Positions 1-12,544 of a stretch of 64,000 nt of DNA are shown here, one piece after another. Within the stretch, counting starts at the first letter, position 1, and the number at the start of each line of letters is the position of its first letter. The position numbers were made by a program, and so were the translations under genes. The stretch comes from Haliotis cracherodii (taxonomy: Eukaryota). The DNA is taken from assembly GCF_022045235.1 (NCBI RefSeq), contig NW_027266270.1, positions 12,958,001-13,022,000 on the forward strand. The letters run 5' to 3'. Below the pieces are notes generated by a model that was not told the DNA's origin, ran no database searches, and was given only the letters and a program-made list of their open reading frames with translations.

Positions 1-243
1 AACAGTATTCAAGTTATATCACGGCGTGTCAGCTTAGTGTGGGAGCAAAGCCCGAAATGATGCAGGTCTCGTTTACCTCTTCGGTGAAACCCACGAGCAT
101 GGGTATGGTGCTGACAAACCTAGAAACATAATCGGGGTGAACCGGGATTCGAACCCACAATCATAGGTTTCTGGCGTGCCCAAGGGACGCAACTCTGCAC
201 AGCGAATCGCAGCGCCTCAGACGACTGGGCCACCCGTGCCCCC
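1..243 (-). mobile_element. tRNA-derived SINE family A (long tRNA-Leu/Ser-like head, V-domain-like core); 3' tail runs off the window start
   Basis: Reverse complement reads GGGGGCACGGGTGGCCCAGTCGTCTGAGGCG (A box) ... GGTTCGAATCCC (B box) ... CGTGGGTTTC..GCTTTGCTCCCACA ... CGCCGTGATATAAC. Near-identical copies at 20333, 27315 and 55335. Confidence 0.9.
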
Positions 244-255
244 ACAAAGTATATA

Positions 256-420
256 GATTTTAAATATAAACCGCCAACGCCAGAGAATAGCCAGTCTCGA
301 TGATCTGCCGAAACAGATGTCATTGGGCGTAAAAGGAAAAAAAGCAGTGAAAATGTATGAATCATTAAAATTCATTGATGATAACAGGTGTTCGCAAAAA
401 TGGTACGCATGTCCTGTCAA
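256..420 (-). repeat. Dispersed repeat family C (GAACACCTGGTGTCATCAC core)
   Basis: Same ~170-bp sequence recurs at 1640-1800(-), 15425-15515(-), 35245-35420(+), 44595-44770(+) and 52115-52260(+), and partially at 7895-7940 and 29020-29046. Confidence 0.75.
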
Positions 421-1256
421 TAACGATAGCACCAACCACTCCCATAACACTGTTGCCAAGCATTCCTGACTATAGAATTCGTAATCATTGAAACGGTAGA
501 CATGGGTTTTTTACGTGGCAGCAGCGTGACGATGTAACACTGCTGTAGCTATATGTTGTGATGTCGGTTGTGTGTAATGGAGTATCGATGTTATCAGCAT
601 GAGTGGGTGGTTTCACATACATGTACTATACACGCTGGCTGATAAAACAGCCCACACACAGGAACAAGAACAATTAAACTCCACTTCTTCAAGTAATCAA
701 TCATACTAATGGACGAACGAATAAAGTTGCACGATGTGAAAAAGCGAAACCAACAAATACAAAACGAATGAATAAACTAATAAATAATTGAAGTGTAAAC
801 ATGTTTCAATGCCGATGCTTCAGTGGAAATAATCACGTGGGGGTGGATGGATGAATTTCGAATCATAGAAGATGGTGATGGAACGGCATGGGAATTTGTA
901 TCTCGCATTGTATTCTCGTCGTCAAATACACACGAGTGCTGAACGGATGAACAGCTTCCTACCACATTATGCAAAACAGTATTTGCAGATTTCCTCAACG
1001 AGAACCGAAACAGGTATGAATAACACCAGACCAACAAGCAGACTTTACATCCACAGTTACTATTACATTTGTGTACATGAAACCATCAATCAGTTCTCAG
1101 CAACAAAAATGTTCAGCTCATTAAAAATATTGCTACATATTTGAAATGAAATTTTCCCGTTTAATGTGTTGTTAATATTGTATTGAGATGGATATTTGCC
1201 CCACCTGTCCATGCGCAAACGTTTTGTCTTATCAAGTCTTTGAAAGGCTTTTAGAA

Positions 1257-1565
1257 GTGATACACATAAGGAAGATAATTTATGGATGTCAACTTCTTTA
1301 TTATGAGCAACACAACGTTTCGAAGTACGTACTTACTCCTTCATCAGGCGAATAAAGGCTATGAGGCAGAGAACACATATATGTACCTGTAAGAACAACA
1401 AAAGTAATAAGATAACACAGGTGGAAATTAACAAGGGGAGCCAACAGATAATTGGCGCTGATAGGAGATTAGCAATGGACAATAGGCAAACGGGAGGTCG
1501 GGGGTAATTAGCGCTGATAGGTAATTAAATGGTAATGACAATCAGTGCCAATTATCTGTTGGCTG
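1257..1565 (-). mobile_element. Penelope-like element terminal region
   Basis: Contains a minimal hammerhead followed by AATAAA on the - strand; homologous degenerate copy at 19843-19932 and a related one at 48420-48530(+). Confidence 0.6.
1311..1350 (-). ncRNA. Minimal type I hammerhead ribozyme (Penelope-type)
   Basis: - strand: CGC CUGAUGA A GGAGUA-aguacg-UACUUC GAAA CG UU GUG. Core CUGAUGA/GAAA, 6-bp stem II, palindromic AACGUU stem III, 3-bp stem I. Confidence 0.65.
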
Positions 1566-1899
1566 TCTTGCTTAGTCATGCTTGGCCGTGTGGCCTTCAC
1601 GTCTATTTAAAAAAAAATATAATACGCTTTGCGTGATCATGAAAATGTAAAACGTCAACTCCAGAGAATAACCAGTCTCGATTGTCCGACGAAAGAGATT
1701 CTGTTTGGAAAAAAGGCAAAAATAGCGGGGAATATTATATGAATGGATCACTGAAAATCAGTGATGACACCAGGTGTTCGCGAAAAAGGGTTAGCATGTA
1801 AGCACCCACCATTAACACAATTTGCATAAAAAGAAGAGAAACTTTGAATTCTCGTGTAACATTTTAATGTCAAACTGATATTACTAAAGAATCCAGTTG

Positions 1900-2371
1900 A
1901 GTTGCACTACTATAATTTAGAGTCGGTTATGAATTATTGGGTGTTCAGAAATATAGAAGAAGCAGGTCCGTTGATGTAGAGAACGAGTTTATGTGCCCAA
2001 AATGTAAAGTACTTGAAGATGAAGCCCACGTAATTTTCAATTGTCGTCTGTACTCACAGATAAGAAGTAAATATTTGCCCGCATAAGAGCATAGCAACAC
2101 TTTTTGGTAGTCATGACATAGTAAGTATGTTAAACTCTTGTAATGAGATGGTCTTTAACGTAGCAAAGTAGTAGCTTTTTGTAACATGTTCTGTATAAGA
2201 AAATAATTGTAGTCTTTGATGACTGCATATATTGATGTATTGAATGTTACAGGTGGTTATTATAATACTTATGCAGTCACACCTTACAAATTGTGACAAC
2301 TTGTGAGTCACATAACTTTATCTGTAGTTTGGGTCTTATGGCCTTTCACTTCAATAAATCTTTGAATCCTT
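1900..2371 (+). mobile_element. 5'-truncated LINE 3' end (ORF2 C-terminal CCHC knuckle, 3' UTR and tail)
   Basis: 1916-2086 translates FRVG...MCPKCKVLEDEAHVIFNCRLYSQIRSKYLPA*. Ends AATAAA-TCTTTGAATCCTTGAATCC. 11-bp TSD GAATCCAGTTG at 1889-1899 and 2372-2382. Confidence 0.85.
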
Positions 2372-2502
2372 GAATCCAGTTGTTCGAGTTACCGTTTCCT
2401 CACAAGACACGTCGTATCATACATGTGGTCCGCGAGTCATCCCTATTACTCTCGCCGCTGTCATGCTATGCGAAACACATTCATAGAGGATCCAATATGT
2501 TT

Positions 2503-2640
2503 GGGGGCAGCGAGGTAACCTAGTGGTTAAAGCATTTCCACATCACAAAGACCCGTGTTCGATTCCGCACCTAGGTACATGTGTGACACTCTTGTCTTAG
2601 CGACTGGGTGGAAATTCCCTTTCACGTAACACGCTAACTC
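2503..2640 (+). mobile_element. SINE family B (tRNA-Asp-like head), degenerate
   Basis: GGTAACCTAGTGGTTAAAGC ... GTTCGATTCC; aligns to the intact copy at 44854. Confidence 0.7.
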
Positions 2641-3005
2641 AGCACATTCTATTTTAAACTTCGCGATGAAATGAGCTGCGTTTGTTACATTGTTAAAGCA
2701 ATCTGCATCATATTCAAGGGCATGGTATTCATGTATATATTATAGGAGGCACAAATGGCACAATCGACTAAAGCGCCACCTTGAATTGCGCCTCTCTGAT
2801 TTGCCACTGCTTATGTTAGTAGCTTTGTCAGCAGATATGCATTTGTATAGAAATTTCTGCTCGGTTGTGCAAATCAAAACACAGGAATTCTAGGTATATC
2901 GATGATCTGATATCGTTCAATAATGGTTAAATGGACACATCCTTTCCACTGATTTAACCTAAACTAGAAATAAAAGAAACCATTGAAACTTCCTCGTCTG
3001 GTTCA

Positions 3006-3290
3006 TATACAGATCTGTGTCTAAAGATTCACATGACTGTATGACACGAGGGATGACGTACACTTTCCAAAGTCAACTTTCCCTTCATGTCGAGTCATAT
3101 TCTATTAGCTCAAGCCTTTGGTGGCTACATTTCCCATCGTTTGAAGTACAATCGAGCATGCTCTTTTTTCGAAGATTTCAAAGAGCGTCATTCGACTCTT
3201 GCTCAAACGCTGTTTGATCAGGGTTACAACACTCAGTAGTGCTTTCAAAACGTTTTAGACATTTGGTTTCACTTTCATGCGCCCACAACT
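3006..3290 (+). pseudogene. Reverse-transcriptase C-terminal relic, Penelope-like type
   Basis: Frameshifted translation YTDLCLKI / LYDTRDDVHFP / VNFPFMSSHILLAQAFGGYISHRLKYNRACSFFEDFKERH...QGY matches the LYDKRDDFNF-IVNFP...YISQL-RY-RACS motif of invertebrate Penelope-like RTs. Confidence 0.75.
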
Positions 3291-3499
3291 CACTCTGCCT
3301 ACAGAATAATAAAATGAAATATAGAATACTTGTGTAGTCACAATAGGAGGGATCTGGCAACAACACTGTGTCGTCCTATTTGATAAATGGTATAGACCGT
3401 TTTGCTGATGTCACGATAATGTGACTTGATTAAAAAGAATAACGTAGAAAGAAAACACATATATTCTCAGACTATGTGTGATGGAATGACTGAATTGCA

Positions 3500-4400
3500 G
3501 AGATGTGTAGTCAAGTCACTGAAAAACAGTTCATAGTTTCAACTGCAACAGGTGTCCAGATGTACCAGGGTTTTGAAGTCTGGTCTTGTGGTTTTGGAGC
3601 AAAAGTTGTTTTCAGTCGCTCCAGCGTACCGTTGCTGCACTCACTTTCTCCGGACTGGAACTGTTCCGAGAAATTATTGGAATCTCCTCTTTCGATCTCC
3701 TTTTTTATTCGAAGTAAATGAGCTGTGAACTCAAACAAGTTAGGGTGGGCTCTTCTTACTGTCCGGATGGGCTGCGAGTCCCAGCTTCTTAGTGATTGTT
3801 TGTACGTGGGCAAGTGTTGTCATACTGATGTCACATTGGACGTTTGAAGAGAACATCGTCATCCGCCCAAGTAAATGTAAACATAAATTCAGTTATTTTC
3901 TGCATCACCTCCAGCAAATATCTCGTTGATGGCCAGCAAGGTTGACAGCCCTTGATCTGGCGCCATACTCCCTCAAGTTGTACCTCCGATAGCATCGTGG
4001 CTCCTCTTGGCAACATCGTTCGTGGGTGTCAATAAAGGTTAGCATCTATGTTGGTGAAGGATGATGACACAGCTGCTTGTCTGATTGTTAGATCTTTCAA
4101 CCCAATGTAATCTGTTGAATCGCTGTGTCTTCTTCTCTGACTCTGTTTCGCATTCTTCTCAAGAGGCGGGTTGTTTCCTAACTTTGGATGGTTGCGGGGA
4201 GAAATTGTTATGAGATGCTTACCAACAGTGGTGAGACGACTTTTACACCTGGGAAGACACATTTGCAGTATGTAACAATCGCGATTATTCAGATACCTGA
4301 AGTCTCCAAAGAGAACATGTCGACCTCCAGCTTGGGAAGTGATGAACTCAACATTTTGCAACTCTGTCATTTTGCAGTGAATATATCAGTTCACCGTTTA
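3500..4400 (-). mobile_element. Degenerate Mutator-like (MULE) transposase with FLYWCH finger
   Basis: 4370-4180 is FLYWCH-like (FITSQAGGRHVLFGDFRY..C..CKSRL..NHP). 3875-3710 gives TWADDDVLFKRPM*HQYDNTCPRTNNH*EA / VRRAHPNLFEF, the MULE C-terminal RTNN-E-W / HPN signature. Stops and frameshifts present. Confidence 0.75.
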
Positions 4401-4591
4401 CTTTTACTCAGCATATCCAAGTACTATTTTGACAGTAAATTGATATTCCAGCACTCAGTACTTTGAGTAGTAAACAGTGGTGAATAAACCGACAAAATCC
4501 TTTCCATATCCGGAAAATCCGGAGTCGATTGTACAATCCCGACTAAATAGGCATTCCTGTATTTATTGAGTAAGTAAAGCAAAGTCCATAA

Positions 4592-7500
4592 CCCTCTGGA
4601 TGCCGAGTTTTCTTTCTGACGCACATTTTTTTCCTAAGATCGGAAAAGTGAAGGTTGCCCAAGAATTGCACTTACTCAGCACAGGATCTACCTATGGCTA
4701 TAAAATTACGCAGAGGTGGAGAATATTAAATTTCCTATTTGATGGTGTAAATTTAACTGCAAATATTACACTGGTTTCAAATAGATACAATTCTAAGTGT
4801 TGTCCGAGAATTTATTCTGCGTTGAAAAACAGTAAATATCTCCGCTTTTTATCGTACACCGATAAGAGTACTGTGCGGCGATTATTTTATTTAGAAGCTT
4901 TACGGAAACTATGAACAACAAAATACTGCCTAATATCTGAACGACATAACAATATATCAAATGGAGTTATATGCGTATGTATAACGACATACATTCAATA
5001 CCAAAAGTATCATGCCGTAAGAGACGAGTATTGATTTTTCTCTTTGACGTCAAAAGGCGACAGAGAGGTGACACACATACAAAAAAAAAGGGGGCATAAC
5101 TCCGCTATGCTTAGCACTAGTGTATTGTAACTCAGGTCACTTGGTGAGAATTAGCTGTGGGTATTGTGGTGTCGTGGTGTCGTGGTGTTTTGTTCACGTG
5201 GAACCAAACTATTCTAACACAAATATCGATATTGAAACTGTATGCGTTTAGTTATAACCGAAACCCATAAGAAATGATAAAATCGTGCTCCATAAAAAAG
5301 AGGTAATAGAAAAATGGATGGTCCTATCTAACCTATTACTTAGTCCCCAAAAAATAACGCCATTCTATTTGACGTCATGGCTGGTTTTATGTCTTTGATA
5401 ACGTCGGAGAAAGACGACACTGGTATTTTGATTAATATATATACCCTAATTTTCGTTCATTGTATGGAAAATCGCGATGTGTAAAATGAATTTTTACGCT
5501 TTTTCGACACAAGATAACATGACTGCTTTCACCAAGTACATAATGTCTTGATTATATAAACAATTAGATAGTTTATCGTGTATCTTAATTGGACAAGACA
5601 CGCACCTGTTTGGCATCAATTTACGTAATGAAATACCCAAAAGAATATTTCAAAACAACCAAAATTATATTCAATATTGGACATATATTTGTTCATTATT
5701 ATGTTATTATTTCTCTTCATCTCGTCCCAGAATTACACAAGAAAGCTCTATTGGAATAGAATTATCAGTATAATCGAATAATGTTGAACCAACGTGGTAC
5801 ATGGCATGGATTATATTTTTATACTTTTTACAATTCCTGGAGAAATAAAGTTTACAGTATAATACCCTGTGATCACAATTTTGAAAAAAAAGAATGAACG
5901 CATTGATTATATAATTAAAAATTCGTAAATTGTTTTTGACAAATGCGCACCTGGCGAATCGTTAGATATCACAGTTCCAAGACCAAGACAATTCTTTCAG
6001 AAATGTGTGCATATATTTTAACGAAAAACATTATTCATTTTGTTAAAGTAATATATTCAGTTTCAGTTGTAAAATAAAACGAAACGGCTATTCATGGACA
6101 TTGGTCATATGAACTTATAATATTGACTATTACACATCCCAAGAAATACGTACATGCTGCAGTTAGTTACATTTACACTTCATCTTGTAACCCTTTTCCA
6201 AAGGAAAGAAATATCAATTCTTATGTAAACAATGTTCAAACAAACAGGAGATTATCAAAGGTTCGTTCATACATGTTTTGGCATATATTTACGTATATCA
6301 TTTTGAACATTGACAAATATCCAAAGTGAAATTAATTGTGTGAAAAAAATGTATAAAAGATATGCAAAATCTACATTATAACTGAAACTGTAAACAGCAT
6401 GGTCCAATGATCGTGTGCACTCTCATTCAAGGACCTTCACCTCAAAGAAATAACCCAATATGAACATCAATGTTGATGTATGACATCACTACCGGTGACC
6501 GACTTTTACAAAATGGCGTGTTCACTGTCAACAGTACGCGGGATTTTACGAGGGGACTTTCTCTGATTCAGGGATCGTATATACATAAATGTGACATGTA
6601 AGTAATCAGAAACATTTTGACAATCTATGTACTGTTATTTGTTGTTATATTTTTCATTAAAACCAACGGAAGAAGTCAGAAATTCCGATAAATACCGTTG
6701 ACGTTGTGCGTTATTTTGCGTCAGTCATGGCGTCACACAGGACGGTAACTTTGACAATTTCTGTTGAAAATATCAAATCACTGCAATGTATCTATTTTAG
6801 ATTCCCTAATGCTACCTACGATTCTCTTCCCATGCATATTCTGAAAATTGAGCTAATATCTTGAACGAATAGACGAATGGATAGTTCAAAATAGGAGAAA
6901 ATGCTACACTGTGTAAAATCTGAATTTTGCTTTGTTTACATTTCAAACAAGTGCAGTTTTTCGAGCACAGCCTTCGTTTTCACAACTAACATATTTTGCT
7001 TGATTTCATCTAGCCCCTTTGTATTGGTGACAAAGACCATTGGTCATTTGATTCTAAAATGTATGAGGAATTCAAGGATGTGTGTATCGCAGCTAAGTTT
7101 GAAATATACGTGATGTTACAGGTGTCTCATAAACGGTGTGTAAACACTATCCAATATGGCGGAAAGTTCACTTTGGCGTTCGTGTTTGCGTATTTTCCAA
7201 AACATTCGAAACGATTGTAGGGTTATCGGAGACGTTTTGGAATGATCATTGGTGATTTGATAAAATACAGATACCCGTGATGCGATTTTTGAAATTCATT
7301 TCTCCGAGTAAATATCCGAAATTTAGATTTCAAAACATACTGTGAATAACGCCGTTGGTGGTGATTTAGTAATGTGTAAAAAATGTCGACATTTACGATG
7401 TACATAATTTTCAGAGGTAATGTTCAGTACTTTTGCTTGGCCTAAACTATCAGTGGATGATATCACAGAACACCGAATTTCCCGCCTTATTCAACACTGT

Positions 7501-7599
7501 GAAGTGTATTTGTGTGGGTGATGTACTTTGAATTTTATTCGACTTCAAAGTGAGGATTGTAGAGGAGGGAACATATATGTCCCTGTGGCATCCAGGGGG
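4592..7599. mobile_element. Non-autonomous piggyBac-like element (~3.0 kb)
   Basis: TIRs CCCTCTGGATGCC (4592-4604) and GGCATCCAGGGGG (7587-7599), 12/13 match; flanked by ATAA (left, degenerate) and TTAA (right). No transposase ORF. Confidence 0.6.
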
Positions 7600-8554
7600 T
7601 TAAACTTATTCAATGTAGCTACCAGAATAATGTGTCTCGTCAAACTGGAACAGTCCATCGCTGTTGGATGGGTAAGTCTGGTTTCTCCTTCGTTATTGCC
7701 CCTCTTCGTGCCTATTACCCTGCAGTCAATGGACCGGAAGGGGTGTTTTAAGACTGTAGTCAGAATGAAGGGTCACTGACATGACGAGGATATTTTCAAA
7801 TTTGACGTTTTACTGACTAATTCCCTATTTTAACGTGTATCATATGTTCCGGTGTTTGTTCATGGGGGCACTTGACTCGTGTTTATCGCAGATGCCACCG
7901 GACACCTGGTATCATCACTATTTGATAGTGATCCATAAACACATGCTTATGACTCTGCTTTATGCAGACATGTCATGATTATGGAAAGGGATTTGTCGGT
8001 GGATAGTATTACGTCACAATTGACCTAAAAGGGTTTTCATGTTATACATGAGGTAACTCGAAATGGTCATATTCGATCAAACTTCGACAAACTTAGTTCC
8101 AGAATATACACGGAATATCATAAATACTTCGAGATTACCGTGACTGTTTATTTGAAAAGGATTTTACTGCTGTTGCTTTCAGAATGTCTGGTGCCAGCGT
8201 TTCTGCCAAGGAAGGGAAATAACTGTACTTAAATTTCGAAAAAGGTGTTTGAAATCAGACTATTCACTCTTTGGTTATACGATCGAGTCTCTTTGTTTAA
8301 TAGTTACGTAGACAATGTGTCTTTTATGCCCTTAGTGTCAGAATATAGCTAAGACTGACAAAAGTTATATATCTATATCCGTATAGATAACGTTTTTTTT
8401 GTATACTGAATCAATGCATGAAGGGAAATATTTATTGAAGGAACTTGCGATAGATATATGTTATAAGAATATATTACTATTATAGAGAGTTTTTCGCTTT
8501 GAAAAACCAGTAGAACCATATGAATGTGTTTCCGGAACAGTTATGTACAGCCGT

Positions 8555-9150
8555 GTTATAAGTACTCTCGCCATGTGGAGTCGTGTTATTGCCACGTCTT
8601 GTATAAGTACTCTCATGGTCTCGTGTTATTGCCATGGCTTGTATAAGTACTCTCATGGTCTCGTGTTATTGCCATGTCTTGTTGTATAAGTACTCTCATG
8701 GTCTCGTGTTATTGCCATGCCTTGTTGTATAAGTACTCTCATGGTCTCGTGTTATTGCCACGTCTTGTTGTATAGGTACTCTCATGGCCTCGTGTTATTG
8801 CCACGTCTTGTATAAGTACTCTCATGGACTCGTGTTATTGCCATGGCTTGTTGGATAAGTACTCTCATGGTCTCGTGTTATTGCCATGTCTTGTTGTATA
8901 GGTACTCTCATGGCCTCGTGTTATTTCCATGTCTTGTTGTATAAGTACTCTCATGGTCTCGTGTTATTGCCACGTCTTGTATAAGTACTCTCATGGTCTC
9001 GTGTTATTGCCATGTCTTGTTGTATAAGTACTCTCATCGTCTCGTGTTATTGCCATGGCTTGTTGTATAGGTACTCTCATGGCCTCGTGTTATTGCCATG
9101 TCTTGTTGTATAGGTACTCTCATGGCCTCGTGTTATTTCCATGTCTTGTT
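8555..9150. repeat. 40/43-bp minisatellite, left part
   Basis: Unit GTATAAGTACTCTCATGGTCTCGTGTTATTGCCATGTCTT(GTT) in tandem. Confidence 0.97.
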
Positions 9151-10738
9151 ATCCCCCGCCGCGCGAAAGCGCGAAGCGGGGGATATAGTATTCACGACCG
9201 TCCGTACGTCCGTCCGTACGTCCCACCTGTTTGTTGCCGCGATATCTCAAGAACTAAACACTGGATTGTCTTCATATTTGGAACTATGGTGTATATACAG
9301 ACTCCGCAGACACCAGTCGGTTTTGGTGACCTTGACCCCATTTTCAAGGTCACAGCAGGCATATCTGCTTTTGGAGTTGGAAAACAGTGTTGCCGCAATA
9401 TCTCAAGAACTAATCTCTGGATTGTCTTCATATTTGTAACTATGGTGTATATACAGACTCCGCAGACACCAGTTGGTTTTAGTGACCTTGACCCCATTTT
9501 CAAGGTCACAGCAGGCATATCTGCTTTTGGAGTTGGAAAACGGTGTTGCCGCAATATCTCAAGAACTAATCTCTGGAATGTCTTCATATTTGGAACTATG
9601 GTGTATATACAGACTCCGCAGACACCAGTCGGTTTTGGTGACCTTGACCCCATTTTCAAGGTCACAGCAGGCATATCTGCTTTTGGAGTTGGAAAACGGT
9701 GTTGCCGCAATATCTCAAGAACTAATCTCTGGATTGTCTTCATATTTGTAACTATGGTGTATATACAGACTCCGCAGACACCAGTCAGTTTTGGTGACCT
9801 TGACCCCATTTTCAAGGTCACAGCAGGCAAATCTGCTTTTGGAGTTGGAAAACAGTGTTGCCGCGATATCTCAAGAACTAATCTCTGGATTGTCTTCATA
9901 TTTGGTACTATGGTGTATATACAGACTCTGCAGACACCAGTCGGTTTTCGTGACCTTAAATTAATTTTCAAGGTAACATTAACTTAATTTTCAAGGTAAC
10001 AGACTCCGCAGACACCAGTTGGTTTTGGTGACCTTGACCCCATTTTCAAGGTCACAGCAGGTATATCTGCTTTTGGAGTTGGAAAACGGTGTTGCCGCAA
10101 TATTGGTGACCTTGACCCCATTTTCAAGGTCACAGCAGGCATATCTGCTTTTGGAGTTGGAAAACGGTGTTGCCGCAATATCTCAAGAACTAATCTCTGG
10201 ATTGTCTTCATATTTGGAACTATGGTGTATATACAGACTCCGCAGACACCAGTCAGTTTTGGTGACCTTGACCCCATTTTCAAGGTCACAGCAGGCATAT
10301 CTGCTTTTGGAGTTGGAAAACGGTGTTGCCGCGATATCTCAAGAACTAAACACTGGATTGTCTTCATATTTGGAACTATGGTGTATATACAGACTCCGCA
10401 GACACCAGTCGGTTTTGGTCACCTTGATCCCATTTTCAAGGTCACAGCAGGCAAATCTGCTTTTGGAGTTAGAAAACAGTGTTGCCGCGATATCTCAAGA
10501 ACTAATCGCTGGATTGTCTTCATATTTGGAACTATAGTGTATATACAGACACCGCATACACCTGTCAGATTTGGTGACCTTGACCCCATTTTCAAGGTCA
10601 CAGCAGGCAAATCTGTTTTTGGAGTTGGAAAACGGTGTTGCCACAATATCTCAAGAACTAATCGCTGGATTGTCTTCATATTTGGTACTATGGTGTACAG
10701 GCGGGGGATATTTCGTCACTCTGTGACAAATACTTGTT
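9151..10738 (+). mobile_element. Helentron-associated non-autonomous element (HINE/DINE-1-like) carrying a 156-bp satellite array
   Basis: 5' subTIR ATCCCCCGCC with adjacent inverted GCGGGGGATAT, GTCC microsatellite, ~10 units of 156 bp containing GGTGACCTTGACC..TCAAGGTCAC, 3' subTIR GGCGGGGGATAT, stem-loop GTCAC-TCT-GTGAC, terminal CTTGTT; inserted after TT. Confidence 0.88.
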
Positions 10739-11690
10739 GTATAAGTACTCTCATGGTCTCGTGTTATTGCCATGGCTTGTATAAGTACTCTCATGGACTC
10801 GTGTTATTGCCATGTCTTGTTGTATAAGTACTCTCATGGTCTCGTGTTATTGCCATGGCTTGTGGTATAAGTACTCTCATGGTCTCGTGTTATTGCCATG
10901 TCTTGTTGTATAAGTACTCTCATGGCCTCGTGTTATTTCCATGTCTTGTTGTATAAGTACTCTCATGGTCTCGTGTTATTGCCATGTCTTGTTGTATAAG
11001 TACACTCATGGTCTCGTGTTATTGCCATGTCTTGTTGTATAAGTACTCTCATGGTCTCGTGTTATTGCCACGTCTTGTATAAGTACTCTCATGGTCTCGT
11101 GTTATTGCCGTGTCTTGTTGTATAAGTACTCTCATGGTCTCGTGTTATTGCCACGTCTTGTTGTATAAGTACTCTCATGGTCTCGTGTTATTGCCATGTC
11201 TTGTTGTATAGGTACTCTCATGGCCTCGTGTTATTGCCGTGTCTTGTTGTATAAGTACTCTCATGGCCTCGTGTTATTGCCACGTCTTGTATAAGTACTC
11301 TCATGGTCTCGTGTTATTGCCATGTCTTGTTGTATAAGTACTCTCATGGTCTCGTGTTATTGCCATGGTTTGTTGTATAAGTACTCTCATGGTCTCGTGT
11401 TATTGCCATGTCTTGTTGTATAAGCACTCTCATGTTACCGCAATGTTTTGTTATATAAGTGCTCTAGCCATGTGGAGTCGTTTTATTGCCACGTCTTGTT
11501 GTATATGTACTCTCATGGTCTCGTTTTATTGCCACGTCTTGTTGTATAAGTACTCTCATGGTCTCGTTTTATTGCCACGTCTTGTTGTATATGTACGCTC
11601 ATGGTCTCGTGTTATTGCCACGTCTTGTTGTATAAGTACTCTCATGGTCTCGTGTTATTGCCATGTCTTGTTGTATAAGTACTACTCTTT
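10739..11690. repeat. 40/43-bp minisatellite, right part
   Basis: Same unit resumes in register after the HINE. Confidence 0.97.
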
Positions 11691-11911
11691 GCGTGTTATC
11701 GCCATTCGTGGCTTTATTGTTATTGTGCATCGTTGTATCGCAGTTCCGCATCCTACTATCGCTTTATCACGATATCGTGTGGGTTTCGCAAAACGATACA
11801 GCGATGGTCCCTCTCGACTACACCATATTCGATTTCCGCCCCGAACAGCTTCGACATCTGGTTAGAATCTGAACAGGAAATGACGATGATACATTTTGTC
11901 TTTAGTGATTT

Positions 11912-12152
11912 GAGTGAGTGAGTTGGGTTTAACGCCGCTTAGAACAGTTTTTCAGTTATATTACGACGTGTCAGCTTAAAGTGATGCAGGCCTCAGGCGT
12001 TTACCACTTTGGTGAAACCCACGAGCACGGGTATGGTGCTGACAAACCTAGAAACATAATCGGGGCTAGCCATGATTCGCACTCATGACCATAGTTTTCT
12101 GGCGTGCCCAAGGGACGCAACTAACAGCGAATTGCGGCGCCTTAGACGACTG
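11912..12152 (-). mobile_element. SINE family A copy
   Basis: GAGTGAGT tail and body alignable to 20333-20600; another diverged copy follows at ~12254-12513. Confidence 0.85.
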
Positions 12153-12544
12153 ATTTACTGATTGGAGGTATACCCGTACAAAGTTTTGATGACTAACATG
12201 CACGGTCAGAAATATTAACTCGGATATGTACTTCAGTTATAAGGGATTATAAGTGAGTGAGTTATATTCATCGCCGCTTGGAACAATAATTTTGTTATAT
12301 CACGGTGTGTCATCTTGATGCTGGAGGAAAGCCCGAGTGATGCAGATCTTAGATGTTTACCATTATGATGATACCGTAGAGGACTAAGTGGTACTGACAA
12401 ACCTAGTATCATTACTAGGCTAATCCTGGATTCGAACCTACTATCATAGATTTCTGGCGCGTCTATGGGACGCAAATCAGCGAATTGCGGCGCCTCAGAC
12501 GACTAGGACACTCGCTTGTACTGATAAATGTACGTATGCATTAT

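Noticed and set aside
120-459. Short ORFs overlapping SINE copies (here and the recurring ITGLSGPDS peptides)
   Set aside because: Chance frames in repeat consensus sequences.
9055-10827. ORFs of 200-310 aa on both strands
   Set aside because: They arise from the 156-bp (3n) satellite inside a non-autonomous Helentron-type element.
8555-11690. CRISPR-like regular repeats
   Set aside because: Contiguous tandem units with no unique spacers, no cas genes, eukaryotic context.
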